Shown here piece after piece: positions 61,835-64,000 of a stretch of 64,000 bases of DNA (its first letter is position 1; every line of letters begins with the position of its first letter). This DNA is from Tubulanus polymorphus (taxonomy: Eukaryota > Animalia > Nemertea). The stretch is taken from NCBI RefSeq assembly GCF_964204645.1, contig NC_134026.1:5541950-5605949 (forward strand). The letters run 5' to 3'. A program made the translations under genes and the position numbers. The notes below the pieces were generated by a model. That model made no database searches and was not told where the DNA came from. It was given only the letters and a program-made list of their open reading frames with translations.

Positions 61835-64000
61835 TTATACAAAATGAATGGCACTCATTGCCTTACTGGTCGGGGAATTAGAAGTAGCGGAATGCACGAT
61901 TGTCGACCTGCCAGTAACTAATGGCATCATTCTCATATTGGAAACTGTTGGTTTGCAACCATCAGGAGTCGACATACGCCTAGGTTTATTATCCTCAGTC
62001 TCCTCCATATCTTTAGCAGTGAAGTGAATAACATCTTCGGTATCGAATTCAGTCGTGCTGACAACGAAATCTTTATCGTTGTCTTCTTGGATGCTGAGCA
62101 ACGACGAACTGCGGAAATCGTTGACTGTGAATGTACGCGATTTGAACACGGCGCCCGATTTCGGTCCCGGGATTTTGGTTTTGGGTTTTAAAGGGTCGTC
62201 TTTTCTTGGAATGGCTTGGACCGAGTCACTGACATCGTCTGATGTCAAAGAAAGCGAGCACGCTGAATCCGAATCGACGAAACTTAGTGGAGAATGGGAA
62301 CTGTGAGTTGTCGATTCTTCAGTCCATGCTACTATAGGCTGAGGTGAACTCTTCTCTTCACATGGCTGTTTTTGAGTTTCAACTTTTATTTGAGGTGTTT
62401 TGGGTAGATTTCGGGTTGCTGTTCTTCCTCTTATTTGAGTTTTTGTATCCCTGCTTTCAGGGCTTGGCGACCTTTGCCGTACGCGATTAGGAGCCGGGGA
62501 TTGTGGTCTCGATCTGCCTACCGGTATTCCAGGAGAAGGAGGTCTTATTCGACTGGAAGCAGGGCTAGGCGGTCTTATGCGGCTTGGACCGGGTGACTGA
62601 GGCCTCGTTCGAACTGGAGCCGGAGACTGAGGCCTAGTGTTTGACACAGCCTCATTTATCTTCTTCGGACTGGGCGATTGTGGTCGTCTATTTGGTGCAG
62701 GAGATTGGGGTCTAGTTCTATTTGGTGTTTCGGGCATTTTCCTTGGAGATTGCTGTTGGGTTTTGGTTGGGGTTTCAACAAGTTTCTTTGGGCTAGGGGA
62801 TTGAGGTCTAGTTCTATTAGGTGCTGGTGATTGAGGCCTTGTTCGAGGAACTGGGGATTGCGGTCGAGTGGTTCTGTTAGGGCTTGGTGATACAGGCGTT
62901 TTCGTGGATGGAGTGTTTGATATTTTGCGGTTTGGAGCTGGTGATTGTGGTCTCGTACGTCGAGGAGCGGGAGATTCTGCACGTTTAGATTGCTGCTGAG
63001 ATACAGACGGTGACTCTGGACGAGATCCAACACCTACCTTACGTTGAGGAACAACCTCGGTTTGTTTTGTTTTACCGGGAGACGGGGACGGAGGACGATG
63101 GATGCGGGATGGTGTTGGGGATTGCGGGCGCTTTGATATAGAGGACTGAGACTTACTTTCTAAACCACTAGGCGATGATACAAGAGACGAACTACGGTCT
63201 CTTGTTGGTGTTTTCGCTCTTGTATTAGTCGGTATCGACGGAGAACTCATTTTCCGCGGTACCGTTGAATTAGTCTTTCGTTGTTGTTGTTGCTGCTGCT
63301 CCTTTTTCTGTTGACGATATTTTTCTACGGCGGGTTTGATTTTATCGAGGATTCGCTGATTCAGTTCGTCTTCCACCGCGGCTCGGGCGGTTTCTTGTTC
63401 CTTGTATTCCTGGAACATGCGCTCCATCTCTCGATACATAGCTGCGTTGCCGCCGAGATCCTCGACATCATCTAACGGTGGCGCTAACGAAACCGCAGAC
63501 GGTATATTCTCTAACGACAGAGCAGACGACCTGCGGGTTTCTGATTTCGGTCGAACTTTCGAAGAACTATCGCTAGCACTATTTCTACGCTGCCTATTCA
63601 TGTTCGGAGGCACGGTTATCGTGTCGTCTTTAGTTTTCCACTGTTTCATAATTTGAGCCGATTTCGACAATTGTAAACTGCCGCCGACACCGGGTTGGGG
63701 GGTTTTGGCCCTCGGACGATCCTCGCTCATACGACGCCTCGTTGCATCGGAAGTCGGAGTTTTAGCACGAGTCGTGCGCTCCGCCAGCGACGTAGTCGAA
63801 CTTCGCAGACGTTTTTGAGCCGCATCCGTTTGTTGACGAATCGTTTCGAAAGAACCGTGAATGTTCATTTGTGTCGTGGAAGCGGATCGTTGTTTTCTCG
63901 GCGTAGATGGCGAGGAACTGGCGCTAAGACATTTTGATTGTAACGGTCCGGTCGGTGTTTTACTACCAGCCGGTGCGGCGGGAAGCTGTCTTCTACTCGG
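61835..64000 (-). CDS. Terminal exon of a Ser/Pro/Arg-rich, largely disordered protein with RPxSP repeats (possibly a GAS2-like or other microtubule-associated C-terminus); 5' part lies outside the window
   Basis: The frame is open from 64000 (PSRRQLPAAPAGSKTP...) to the TAA at 61835, so the annotated Met at 63868 is probably internal. It contains 14 RPxSP motifs, 3 RAKTP motifs, a short coiled coil and a TKIP (SxIP-like) motif. The identity cannot be determined from this fragment. Confidence 0.8.
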   Translation of the reverse strand, partial: PSRRQLPAAPAGSKTPTGPLQSKCLSASSSPSTPRKQRSASTTQMNIHGSFETIRQQTDAAQKRLRSSTTSLAERTTRAKTPTSDATRRRMSEDRPRAKTPQPGVGGSLQLSKSAQIMKQWKTKDDTITVPPNMNRQRRNSASDSSSKVRPKSETRRSSALSLENIPSAVSLAPPLDDVEDLGGNAAMYREMERMFQEYKEQETARAAVEDELNQRILDKIKPAVEKYRQQKKEQQQQQQRKTNSTVPRKMSSPSIPTNTRAKTPTRDRSSSLVSSPSGLESKSQSSISKRPQSPTPSRIHRPPSPSPGKTKQTEVVPQRKVGVGSRPESPSVSQQQSKRAESPAPRRTRPQSPAPNRKISNTPSTKTPVSPSPNRTTRPQSPVPRTRPQSPAPNRTRPQSPSPKKLVETPTKTQQQSPRKMPETPNRTRPQSPAPNRRPQSPSPKKINEAVSNTRPQSPAPVRTRPQSPGPSRIRPPSPASSRIRPPSPGIPVGRSRPQSPAPNRVRQRSPSPESRDTKTQIRGRTATRNLPKTPQIKVETQKQPCEEKSSPQPIVAWTEESTTHSSHSPLSFVDSDSACSLSLTSDDVSDSVQAIPRKDDPLKPKTKIPGPKSGAVFKSRTFTVNDFRSSSLLSIQEDNDKDFVVSTTEFDTEDVIHFTAKDMEETEDNKPRRMSTPDGCKPTVSNMRMMPLVTGRSTIVHSATSNSPTSKAMSAIHFV

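Overview
This is a gene-dense, intron-rich animal genomic region with AT-rich introns and CpG-rich long exons. STIL retains its N-terminal domain and the repeat landscape looks invertebrate, which suggests a non-insect, non-nematode invertebrate such as a lophotrochozoan (inference). In order, the window holds: the first coding exon of an MCCC2-like carboxyltransferase (-); head-to-head with it, a complete 17-exon STIL gene (+); MED26 (-, 3 coding exons); head-to-head with that, an RBM17/SPF45 gene with an intronless CDS (+); a 9-exon uncharacterised 442-aa gene made of four ~100-aa repeats with an N-terminal PPxY and a C-terminal CaaX (+); a ~63-exon HECTD4 E3 ligase (-); a ~1 kb coding-like but stop-interrupted segment divergent from HECTD4; and the terminal exon of a Ser/Pro/Arg-rich protein with 14 RPxSP repeats that runs off the window (-). 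Introns and UTRs carry an L2/CR1 LINE 3' end with a TSD, Penelope-like remnants with degenerate hammerhead cores, a Harbinger-type MITE and several other MITE families. The best novelty candidates are the four-repeat PPxY/CaaX protein and the unexplained 57.3-58.3 kb segment. No prokaryote-type system (CRISPR etc.) is present. All gene models were spliced by eye and no database search was run.
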